Below, piece after piece: positions 47,168 through 55,933 of a DNA stretch of 64,000 nt. The notes beneath the pieces are model-generated. The model had not been told where the DNA came from. It did not search any database and saw only the letters and a list, made by a program, of their open reading frames with translations. The DNA comes from Prevotellaceae bacterium (GTDB lineage: Bacteria > Bacteroidota > Bacteroidia > Bacteroidales > UBA932). Made by a program: the position numbers and the translations under genes. Location: positions 9,589 to 73,588 of the forward strand of contig JAIRNF010000034.1 in assembly GCA_031258195.1 (NCBI GenBank). The letters are read 5' to 3'. Each line of letters starts with the position of its first letter. Position 1 is the first letter of the stretch.

Positions 47168-47776
47168 TTATTCATTTCTTTTTATTATTCTTTCATAATG
47201 AATTTCCAAGTATTCTTCTAAGTTATCCTTGATAAGGTCACATGTGTCAATATTTTTATTTTCAAATTCATTTTGAATCCTTAAGTACGGACAGCCACCA
47301 CCACAGGTTTGAATATGAATGCAGTCTATACACTTTTTATCATCAAAAGGATCTCCAGCCACATAGTACCTATTTAGAAGTATTGGGTTGATTACACCTT
47401 TATCAAGTGTGGCAATTACTTTTTCTTGATTGCCCACATCATTCCAACATTTATAGAACTCACCATTAGGTCCGATTACGTGGTGGTATGGGCTCCTAAC
47501 AGGGCATTCATAACGATAGTCATCGGGATAAAAACCTAGTACATCTACTCCATGTTCTTTATATAACTCTATTAAGAATTGACTTTTCTTTTTTCTATCT
47601 AGTAAACAATCAGATAATTTACATCCTTCAATACCATCAACAAAACCTGGATAAACAATAATTTTTTTCTTATATCTTTCTTTAAAAAATCTAGCTGTAG
47701 ATATAAATTCATTCTTATTAGATTCATCAATATTGACTCTAATGTGTAAATTATAATTTTGTTTTTCGGCTTTCAC
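47168..47776 (-). pseudogene. C-terminal (SPASM-domain) fragment of a radical SAM peptide-maturase-type gene; radical SAM core absent
   Basis: 202 aa from a GTG start. The 7-Cys SPASM pattern is complete: C91-x13-G-x4-C110, C149-x2-C152-x5-C158-x3-C162 (CIDCIHIQTCGGGCPY), and C179. There is no CxxxCxxC, and an in-frame stop lies about 20 codons upstream of the start. Confidence 0.65.
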
Positions 47777-47972
47777 ATATATATTAAAAATAATGAAAAT
47801 ATATATTATACATAATAATTATTGTGATTATTAACATATTCTGGTGAATAAATAAAAAATACCTCTTGACATAATAAAGTGCGTAAAAACATATTGTTTT
47901 TAAGAAGAAAGGTATATGTTTGCAGGAAATTTAATCTAACCTAAGTAGCCAACTAAAAAAGAATAGAACGTT

Positions 47973-49175
47973 ATGCCAAAAATTTCAGAAAAGGGCGTAA
48001 TAATGCCCGCGTCAGCTATCAGAAAGCTTGTTCCTTATGCCGAAGCGGCAAAGAAAAAAGGGATAAAAGTTTACTATCTAAATATCGGGCAGCCCGATAT
48101 TGCTACTCCTCAAGTTGCTCTTGACGCTGTAAAAAATTACGATGCAAAGGTTATTGAGTATAGCCATTCGGCTGGTAACGAATCATATAGAAAAGGGTTA
48201 GCCGGTTACTATAAAAGTATCGGTATAGAGCTTGATTATACAAACGAAATAGTGGTTACCGTGGGCGGATCGGAAGCAATAACCATTGCTTTTATGGCTT
48301 GCTTTAACCCGGGCGACGAGATTATCATTCCCGAGCCATACTATACCAACTACAATTCGTTTGCCATGATGAACGGGGTAGTTATTAAGCCTATCACCAC
48401 TACTATTGAAACTAACTTTGCTTTACCTGCTATTGAGGAGTTCGAAAAGCTTATTACTCCTAAAACAAAGGGTATTATGATTTGTAATCCTAATAACCCT
48501 ACCGGATATCTTTATACAGAGGATGAGCTAGAGCAGCTTCGTAAGCTGGTTTTGAAGTACGACTTATATCTTTTCTCAGACGAAGTATATCGCGAGTTCT
48601 GCTATGGCGGAAGAAAGCATCATTCGGCAATGCACCTTAAGGGGATAGAGAATAACGTAGTGCTTTTCGATTCTACATCTAAGCGTTACAGCATGTGCGG
48701 TATCCGTGTTGGGGCTATCATCTCTCACAACAAAGAAGTAATGTCGGCTGCATTACGTTTTGGACAGGCGCGTCTTTGCCCTCCGGCTTACGGACAAGTT
48801 GCTGCCGAAGCGGCGCTTCAGACATCTAAAACCTATTTTGATGAGGTTTATCAGGAGTACGTGGCACGTCGCGACTATATCGTAGGAGCTTTAAATAAGA
48901 TTGACGGCGTTACATGCCCCGACCCTAAGGGTGCGTTCTATACGATAGTTCAGCTACCTGTTGACGATACCGATAGATTCTGCCAATGGATGTTGGAAGA
49001 ATTCAGCTACGAAGGGCAAACCGTAATGATGGCACCAGCTACAGGTTTTTACTCAAAGCCGGAGTTAGGAAAACATCAAGTACGTGTCGCCTATGTACTG
49101 AAAATAGAAGATTTAAAGAATGCAGTAAAATGTCTTGATGAAGCATTGAAAGTTTATCCTGGTCGCTTAAAATAA
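47973..49175 (+). CDS. class I/II PLP-dependent aminotransferase (aspartate aminotransferase-like)
   Basis: 400 aa. NIGQPD, NPNNPTG and STSKRYSMCGIRVG (PLP lysine) motifs are present. Confidence 0.88.
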   Translation: MPKISEKGVIMPASAIRKLVPYAEAAKKKGIKVYYLNIGQPDIATPQVALDAVKNYDAKVIEYSHSAGNESYRKGLAGYYKSIGIELDYTNEIVVTVGGSEAITIAFMACFNPGDEIIIPEPYYTNYNSFAMMNGVVIKPITTTIETNFALPAIEEFEKLITPKTKGIMICNPNNPTGYLYTEDELEQLRKLVLKYDLYLFSDEVYREFCYGGRKHHSAMHLKGIENNVVLFDSTSKRYSMCGIRVGAIISHNKEVMSAALRFGQARLCPPAYGQVAAEAALQTSKTYFDEVYQEYVARRDYIVGALNKIDGVTCPDPKGAFYTIVQLPVDDTDRFCQWMLEEFSYEGQTVMMAPATGFYSKPELGKHQVRVAYVLKIEDLKNAVKCLDEALKVYPGRLK

Positions 49176-49196
49176 GCATTTCTGATTAACGATATT

Positions 49197-49230
49197 AAGG
49201 TGTACTATTTATAGTGCACCTTTTTTATTT
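49197..49230 (+). terminator. rho-independent terminator of the aminotransferase gene
   Basis: AAGGTGTACT-ATTTAT-AGTGCACCTT (one G-U pair) followed by TTTTTTATTT. Confidence 0.75.
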
Positions 49231-49406
49231 AAGTAACTATTTACGACAATACCCTAAATGAGTTTGTTGCTATTTATACTGATTCTAAATTTTAATACTT
49301 GATATTCAATAAAATGGTTGATTATTTAACTTCCATTCACTAAATTTCCTCCCAAGAAATTTTCTTGCCAAAGTTATATATACCAAGAACTATAAACTTT
49401 GGTATT

Positions 49407-50132
49407 ATGATTATCGGTAAATTCAACTCTTTGTACGACTTTTTAGATGCATTTCCAACGGAGGATGGCTGCATCAAGTATCTTGAGTTACAAATTTGGG
49501 AGAATGGCATTCCAATTTCTCCCTATGACCCGACTTCTAAAGTATATAACCGTGGCGATGGAATGTACCGTTGTAAGAATACGGGCAAAAATTTCAACGT
49601 CAGAATAGGAACTATGTTCGAAGGCTCTAAAGTTCCTTTGAGAAAGTGGTTTGTAGTTATATGTCTGATAACTTCTACCAAGAAAGGTATTTCATCCACC
49701 CAACTATCAAGAGATATATCTGTAACTTATAAAACCGCGTGGTTCATGAATCATCGTATTCGTGAATGCTTTGGTATTGTCATGGAAGAAAAACTTGACG
49801 GAGAAGTCGAACTTGATGAAACTTTTGTAGGCGGCAAGAATAAAAATCGTCACTATAACAAGAAGGTTAAGAATTCACAAAGTAGGAGCTTCAAAGATAA
49901 AGTTCCCGTTATGGGTATGTTTCAACGTGGTGGTAAGGTAGTTTGTAAAGTAGTCCGTGGTACTTCTTATAAATCATTGACAATTCCAATTTTGCGAACG
50001 GTAAAAAGAACGGCAACGTTATTCTCTGATGAGTGGTGCGGATATAAAACCGTTAGCAAATTATATGAGTATTATGTAGTTGACCACGATCACGGACAAT
50101 ACGTTGATGAAGATTGCGTTACAGCGCAATAA
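49407..50132 (+). pseudogene. IS1595/ISXO2-like transposase, prematurely terminated
   Basis: The N-terminus has a zinc-ribbon/HTH-like part (YRCKNTGKNFNVRIGTMFEGSKVPLRKWF...YKTAWFMNHRIRE). The DDE region follows (ELDETFVGGK...VPVMGMFQRGGKV...LFSDEWCGY). The ORF ends at ...VDEDCVTAQ*, before the usual TN.IE.FW...KH...RY..EF.FR.N tail. Weak tail-like pieces appear in other frames at 50120-50200. Confidence 0.7.
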
Positions 50133-50237
50133 AGAGTTCTCTCAAGTGTGCATTAAGCACATACGGTTTAATAATTCTGCTAATTTGCAGAGATAACGAC
50201 AACCTGAAACATGTTGTCACCATAATAGATAAAAGGC

Positions 50238-50366
50238 ATGGCAAAGAAAGTTACATCAAAAGCCGTTGCTACTAAAGCGTCTAAAGCATTACAAGGTGGA
50301 CGTTCAAGTGCAAGGACTAAAAGTATCGCTGGAAGTGCTTTATCTCAACGTGAGAAAAAGAAATAA
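50238..50366 (+). CDS. possible 42-aa basic small ORF inside the IS element
   Basis: Own translation: MAKKVTSKAVATKASKALQGGRSSARTKSIAGSALSQREKKK*. It is below the ORF-track cutoff and there is no independent support. Confidence 0.25.
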   Translation: MAKKVTSKAVATKASKALQGGRSSARTKSIAGSALSQREKKK

Positions 50367-50593
50367 GAGGCTTCCAACTCTTTTTAAAAGACACCCCGAC
50401 AAAGTTGCGGCTACGTTGGCGGCATTTTATGCCATAATGTCTTATTATATCTGCTCTCGATTAAAAACTCTGTAAAGTTAATAACAGTATAGATAATGAC
50501 AAAGTTTTTACATTATAGATTCTTAAACTATGTTAACGGAGAAGAGTTTTCGATGTTAATTTGTTACCAAATTCATTTAGAGTATTGTCGTAA

Positions 50594-51022
50594 ATAGTTA
50601 CCTTAATTTATTCTTCGGTAAGAAGAAAGAAGATAGAGTATGAAGACGATGGAAATGAATACTTCATCGAAAACCCCGATGCTGATGCTCTGCCTGACGA
50701 AAAACAATTTGGTATTTCGTTAAGTCAGGTTATAGGCGAGCACAATAACTTTTACATAGATTCGTTAGAGTCAACCAAGGATATAGAATCGTGCAAAGAG
50801 AGTATGCGGAAATGGTATAGGATCAGCAACTCGCAGGAGGCGCATGAGTTTATACAATCCCGTACAAAAGAAGGTTTCCGGACGCTGTACAACAACATCA
50901 TCGAGCTGTATTTTAAAACAAATGGCAATGCTAATCTTCTACCCAAAAACGATTGGGGCGACGAGGTTACTCGCTATCTGGTTGAGGACGAAGACAGCCC
51001 TTGGGTTATGTACGAGTGGTAG
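50594..51022 (+). pseudogene. 5'-truncated gene fragment abutting the IS right end
   Basis: The frame of track ORF 50804..51022 stays open upstream to 50594, inside IRR: ...YEDDGNEYFIENPDADALPDEKQFGISLSQVIGEHNNFYIDSLESTKDIESCKESMRKWY.... There is no start codon before 50804. Confidence 0.5.
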
Positions 51023-51069
51023 GTTGCTACAGCGGTAAATTGCTGAGAGCGATTTCTAAAAAAACAAAC

Positions 51070-51098
51070 CGTCATGCCGAACGAGGTGAGACATGACG
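51070..51098. repeat. palindromic intergenic repeat, short hairpin form
   Basis: CGTCATGCCGAACGAGGTGAGACATGACG, between the truncated fragment and the frr stop. Confidence 0.8.
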
Positions 51099-51127
51099 AT
51101 ATAAAAGGCTTTTGGATGGCCTTTTAG

Positions 51128-51691
51128 CTATACTGTCATTATTTCTTTTTCTTTCTTTTCAAGGATTCCGTCAACCTTTTTATTGAAGTCGTCGGTAATT
51201 TTTTGAACTTCAGCTTCAAAATCTTTCGCAAGATCTTCACTTAAGCCGTCTTTTTGCATTTTTTTAATGGAATCAATGGTATCGCGACGGGTATTGCGGA
51301 TGGAAACCCTTGCTGTTTCTCCCTCTTGCTTACATTGCTTTACCAAATCTTTACGACGTTCTTCCGTTAAAGGTGGAACACTAATACGAACCGTCTCTCC
51401 GTTATTTTGAGGGTTAAAGCCGATGTTAGCCGCCATAATGGCTTTCTCAATCGGACCAATCATGTTTTTTTCCCATGGTTGGATGAGAATAGTACGGGCA
51501 TCGGGCGAGGTAACGCTCGATACCTGAGTAAGCGGAGTCTTTGTTCCGTAGTAATCTACGTTTATATTGTTAAGCATAGCAGGGTTTGCCTTTCCTGCTC
51601 TTACTGCTTGAAGTTCGGTTTCCAGAAAATCAACCGCTTTCTGCATTTTATCTTTTGCCACTGCAATTGCTTGTTTTGCTTTAGTTTCCAT
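51128..51691 (-). CDS. frr: ribosome recycling factor
   Basis: 187 aa. RAGKANPAMLNNINVDYYGTKTPL, PPLTEERRKDLVK and IRNTRRD are Frr signatures. Confidence 0.93.
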   Translation of the reverse strand: METKAKQAIAVAKDKMQKAVDFLETELQAVRAGKANPAMLNNINVDYYGTKTPLTQVSSVTSPDARTILIQPWEKNMIGPIEKAIMAANIGFNPQNNGETVRISVPPLTEERRKDLVKQCKQEGETARVSIRNTRRDTIDSIKKMQKDGLSEDLAKDFEAEVQKITDDFNKKVDGILEKKEKEIMTV

Positions 51692-51778
51692 AATGTCGTA
51701 GTTGTATGGTTTACGGTCTTTCTACAAAGATATAAAATAGGAGTGAACTGGAAAAAAGAAAATTTACACTTTGGTTGA

Positions 51779-52489
51779 TCAGCTTACTACTGTTCCTACG
51801 TTTTCGCCCATTACTAATCGCTCTAAGGTTCCCTCCTTGTTCATATCGAAGACAACAATAGGTAAGCTATTTTCTTTACATAGCGTAAAAGCGGTTAAGT
51901 CCATTACCCGTAAGTTTCGCTTATAAACCTCGTCAAAACTAATGCTCTCGAAACGGGTTGCTGTTGGGTCTTTTTGGGGATCGGCAGTATATACTCCGTC
52001 CACATTAGTTCCTTTTAGCAGAGCCTCAACGCCCAGCTCAACACCACGTAATGCCGAAGCAGTATCGGTGGTAAAGAAAGGGTTACCCGTACCTCCAGCA
52101 ATAATAACTACATAACCATCATTCATATAATCAACGGCTTTTGCGCCGGAATAGTACTCGCCGAAAGGTTCCATACGGATAGAGGTGAGCACCTTAGCCT
52201 TAACATCTATCCCTTCTAGTGCCGACTGGATAGCAATGCTGTTAATAACGGTTGCCAGCATACCCATCTGATCTCCTTTTACCCGGTCGAAACCGCGTTG
52301 AGTACCGCCACGCCCGCGAAAAATATTTCCTCCGCCAATAACAATACCTACTTGTACGCCTTTACTAATTATGCCCTTTATTTCGTTAGCATATTGTGTA
52401 AGTATTGCCGAATCAATACTTTGTTCACCATTGCCTTGCAGAGCTTCGCCGCTTAGCTTTAGCAGCACTCTTTTATATTTAATACCCAT
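51779..52489 (-). CDS. pyrH: UMP kinase
   Basis: MGIKYKRVLLKLSGEAL..., VIGGGNIFRG and IIAGGTGNPFFTTDTA. The start was chosen at 52489. Confidence 0.93.
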   Translation of the reverse strand: MGIKYKRVLLKLSGEALQGNGEQSIDSAILTQYANEIKGIISKGVQVGIVIGGGNIFRGRGGTQRGFDRVKGDQMGMLATVINSIAIQSALEGIDVKAKVLTSIRMEPFGEYYSGAKAVDYMNDGYVVIIAGGTGNPFFTTDTASALRGVELGVEALLKGTNVDGVYTADPQKDPTATRFESISFDEVYKRNLRVMDLTAFTLCKENSLPIVVFDMNKEGTLERLVMGENVGTVVS

Positions 52490-52904
52490 TGTGCTTAATA
52501 TTTTGTTTAAGGCAAAGGTAGAAAGTATGACAAATAAAAGCAAAAAGAAAGAAATTGACCGAGCAGATTTTAAGTTCGAAATAATTTTAATATTGGATTT
52601 GTGGCATGGTTATTGTGATAAATATCTATAGATTTGAGTAGCAATTGTGCTAGTTTTGGATTATTGATTGTTTAAAGGGGAATTGGGACTGCCGTTAGTT
52701 AGTGGGCAGTCCCAATTTATTTTAGTCACCTGTTAGGGTGCTGTATTTTAGTCGTTTGCGGGGCTGTAAGTGTTAAACGACAATTTTTTTTATTTGCCGC
52801 TGAACAAAACAAAAAACAGCGTGTTTATAATGATGAAAAACGGTTAGATATTTCACGATATCTAATTTCTTGGATAGTTTTTCTGGTTATTGGTGGTTTT
52901 TGGG

Positions 52905-52937
52905 AGAGTCGCCCTCCCCAGGGCGACTCTATTTTAT
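52905..52937. terminator. GC-rich hairpin with a +strand U-tract, 25 nt beyond the stop of the 109-aa minus-strand gene
   Basis: AGAGTCGCCC-TCCCCA-GGGCGACTCT followed by ATTTTAT on the + strand. Confidence 0.55.
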
Positions 52938-52954
52938 ACCCCCTCTATCGCTCA

Positions 52955-53284
52955 TTAATAGTAAATGTAGCTGGCTAAGGCTATTGCATATGCGACAGTA
53001 ATCGCTACTTGGCTGATGGTGAGTAACGATAGTTTAACTTTTGTCCATACACTTGTTTCGCTTTTCCAATTCGCCCTATCGTTAAATGCTCTTGGATACC
53101 ATATGTAAATAATAAATATTGCAGGTAGTATTAGGAGAACCATGCCTAATGGAGTACTTGAGCCGCGCGAGCTGAATTCCGTATTTCTAATAAATTCTGA
53201 GACTGCGGGTATCAAATATATTATGGCGAATGCACCCATAGAAATTAAATGAACAAGAACCGAAAGTAGGATTTTCTTCTTCAT
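52955..53284 (-). CDS. small three-TM membrane protein, unknown function
   Basis: 109 aa with three hydrophobic helices. It is directly downstream of lgt. Confidence 0.5.
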   Translation of the reverse strand: MKKKILLSVLVHLISMGAFAIIYLIPAVSEFIRNTEFSSRGSSTPLGMVLLILPAIFIIYIWYPRAFNDRANWKSETSVWTKVKLSLLTISQVAITVAYAIALASYIYY

Positions 53285-53285
53285 A

Positions 53286-54120
53286 CTTAATTGGATACGA
53301 AATACCTACTACGACGATTAAACCATATCAGCAGTATTCCTACTATTATAAGCGGTATACTAAGCAGCTGCCCCATATCAAGCGCCATGCCACTCTCAAA
53401 GTCAACCTGCCGCTCTTTTAAGAACTCGATGAAAACCGGGCGGTAAACAGTAGTACTAAAAATAGTCCGAGAATAAAGCCATCCTTTAGCCGAGTTCGTT
53501 TGCGGGTGTATAAATATATAAGTACTCCAAATATGGCTAAATAGGCTGCTGCTTCGTATAGCTGTGCCGGGTGGCGCGGTACTGTGCTGACCCTCTCAAA
53601 TACTATAGCCCACGGCAGATCGGATGGTGTACCGATTATCTCAGAGTTAAAGAAGTTGCCAATTCGGATAAAGCATCCCGCTAAGGCTCCTGCTATGGCA
53701 ATACGGTCGAGTAGCCATAGGTAGCTCGGCTTCTTTTTTCGCACAAAAATGTATGCTGCTATTAATACTCCGATAATTCCTCCATGACTTGCTAGCCCTT
53801 TATAGCCTGAGAAATGCCAGCTACCCGACGCATCTTTCGAAAAAGGTAAAATCATTTCAAGAGGATGGTTTAAATAGTATTCTGGCTGATAAAAAAGACA
53901 ATGCCCCTAACCTTGCCCCTGTAACAGTTCCGATAAGTATGTAAAATGTCAAGGTATAGATTAAATCAGGATTTAATCCCTCCTGCTCGAACATACGTTT
54001 TACAATGTAGGCACCCAGTATCAGTCCGCCAACAAACAAAATGGCATAGTAGCGTAACTCTGTAAACCCCAGATTTATTAATATAGGATCTATATTCCAA
54101 TGAATGTATAAAGAATTCAT
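53286..54120 (-). pseudogene. lgt: prolipoprotein diacylglyceryl transferase, two 1-nt homopolymer frameshifts as sequenced (likely consensus errors)
   Basis: Three frame pieces join into a normal Lgt of about 278 aa: ...GTVTGARLG | HCLFYQPEYYLNHPLEMILPF...GLASHGG...RHPAQLYEA...LFTARF | FIEFLKERQVDFESGMALDMGQLLSIPLIIVG...*. The shifts fall at a C4 run (53904-53907) and an A4 run (53432-53435). Confidence 0.8.
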
Positions 54121-54137
54121 TCGACTATTTTAGCAGG

Positions 54138-54935
54138 TTAATCAAAAGCCTTAGCCTCTTCCCATATTTGATTCATTTCGTCAAGGCTCATATCTTTTAA
54201 CGATTGCCCTTGCTTAATGGTTTTTTGCTCTAAATATCCAAAACGCTTCTTAAACTTTTGGTTGGTACGCTCAAGAGCAGCTTCGGGGTCAATGTCGTAA
54301 AGGCGTGCGGCGCTTACAAGTGAGAAAAACAGATCGCCAAACTCTTGCTCCATACGTTTTTGATCTGCATTTTCAATTTCTTGCTGTAGTTCGTCAAATT
54401 CTTCTTTTACTTTATTCCAAACCTGCTGGCGTTCTTCCCAGTCGAACCCCACTGCGGTAACTTTCTCCTGAATACGGTTGGCTTTAGCAAGCGCGGGCAT
54501 TGCAGTAGGTACCCCCGACAGTATGGTCTTATTACCATCTTTCTCTTTTACCTTTAGCTGCTCCCAGTTTTGTACAACTTGGTTAGATCCGTCAACTTGT
54601 ACTTCTCCAAATACATGCGGATGGCGATAAACCAGCTTATCACAAAGGCTATTAATAACATCGGTTATATTGAACTGTTTTTCTTCATCACCCATTTTTG
54701 CATAGAATACAATATGCAGAAGAATATCTCCCAGCTCTTTCTTAATATTGCTCATATCGCGAGTTAAGATAGCATCTGCCAATTCGTAGGTTTCTTCTAT
54801 GGTAAGCGTACGAAGGCTTTCGAATGTTTGCTCGCGATCCCATGGGCATTTCTCTCGAAGTTCGTCCATAATATCCAACAAGCGTTTAAATGCAATTAGT
54901 CGTTCGTCGTTGGTAGCTGGTGTTTGGTTTGTCAT
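54138..54935 (-). CDS. mazG: nucleoside triphosphate pyrophosphohydrolase MazG
   Basis: 265 aa. CPWDREQTFESLRTLTIEETYELADAI and the EE.GDLLF-type repeats (ELGDILLHIVFYA, EFGDLFFSLV) are present. Confidence 0.9.
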   Translation of the reverse strand: MTNQTPATNDERLIAFKRLLDIMDELREKCPWDREQTFESLRTLTIEETYELADAILTRDMSNIKKELGDILLHIVFYAKMGDEEKQFNITDVINSLCDKLVYRHPHVFGEVQVDGSNQVVQNWEQLKVKEKDGNKTILSGVPTAMPALAKANRIQEKVTAVGFDWEERQQVWNKVKEEFDELQQEIENADQKRMEQEFGDLFFSLVSAARLYDIDPEAALERTNQKFKKRFGYLEQKTIKQGQSLKDMSLDEMNQIWEEAKAFD

Positions 54936-54950
54936 AGTATATATAAAATA

Positions 54951-55730
54951 TTAATCGTAAAATTTAACACGAATGCTCGACTTGCTTTCAAGGCTTTCCA
55001 GCTGAGATATGTTGGCTTGGTTCATTGCCAGTTCAAGCAGATCGAAAGAGTTGAAGATAGCCAGCATTCTTCCCGGGCGAACATCATCATAATGGTTTGA
55101 TAGTTCTGTTATTTTGCTGAAGTTATTCTGAACTAGAATTTCAAATCGGCGTCCCTGTCCTACCCGAAAAAATAATTCTTTCGTAATGTTTGTGATTACG
55201 TTACCAAACGAATCAATATAGCTTACATATCCCGAAATGGAGTCCTCGTTATAGGCTGCTTTTCCTATATGCTCTTTTTTCAATGTTGTTTGAATCCCAA
55301 TACTATCAACGGATTTATGATTGCATATTGATCCTACGGCAGTAGCGATTATTTCCAGCGCGCGAAATCCGCTACGTTTTTCTATGGAATTTAGTAGTAC
55401 GACTTCATCAGGTTCGTTATCCAACACTATGCTGAACATGCCATCGTTAGGACCGATAAAAAAATAATTCTCTGTTTGTATTACCACGATAGGGTTCGAA
55501 GGAGAAGGTTCGCTATTCACACCAACAATATGTATGCTGCCTTTTGGGTAGCAAGGGTATGTGTTACGTAGTATAAATGCGGCTTGTAGCGTATTGAACT
55601 GTTGAATATGATGCGTAATATCGGCAAATACAACACTAGGAGCGGATGAGAGTATCCGTCCTTTTAAGCGACCGAGATAGTAATCGCCGCTTCCCCAATC
55701 TGTTGTAAGTGTTATAATGGGCATTGCCAA
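54951..55730 (-). CDS. SAM hydrolase / SAM hydroxide adenosyltransferase family protein (DUF62)
   Basis: IITLTTDWGSGDYYLGRLKGRI... is the typical DUF62 N-terminus. The C-terminal region reads YIDSFGNVITNI. Confidence 0.75.
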   Translation of the reverse strand: MAMPIITLTTDWGSGDYYLGRLKGRILSSAPSVVFADITHHIQQFNTLQAAFILRNTYPCYPKGSIHIVGVNSEPSPSNPIVVIQTENYFFIGPNDGMFSIVLDNEPDEVVLLNSIEKRSGFRALEIIATAVGSICNHKSVDSIGIQTTLKKEHIGKAAYNEDSISGYVSYIDSFGNVITNITKELFFRVGQGRRFEILVQNNFSKITELSNHYDDVRPGRMLAIFNSFDLLELAMNQANISQLESLESKSSIRVKFYD

Positions 55731-55933
55731 AATAATGAATATCCGACCGTAAAAGTAAGAATTTAATCTGACTAAAAGAGCTCAAAATCTAAACGTATAT
55801 AACGCGCGGTAAGTTTAATTTTGATGCAGCCTTATGATGCAGGATGTTGACCTGGAGTGTTGAAAAATTATCCGAAGGCTTCCACTTAATTTCGTATCTT
55901 TGAAAGCATTTTAATAAGAAAGTTAAATACCAC

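Larger units (their letters stand above)
49233..50601 (+). mobile_element. IS1595-family insertion sequence (~1.37 kb) with ~34-bp terminal inverted repeats; transposase C-terminus degenerate
   Basis: IRL at 49233-49266 is GTAACTATTTACGACAATACCCTAAATGAGTTTG. IRR at 50568-50601 has the reverse complement GTAACTATTTACGACAATACTCTAAATGAATTTG (2 mismatches). The element encloses the transposase ORF. Confidence 0.8.
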
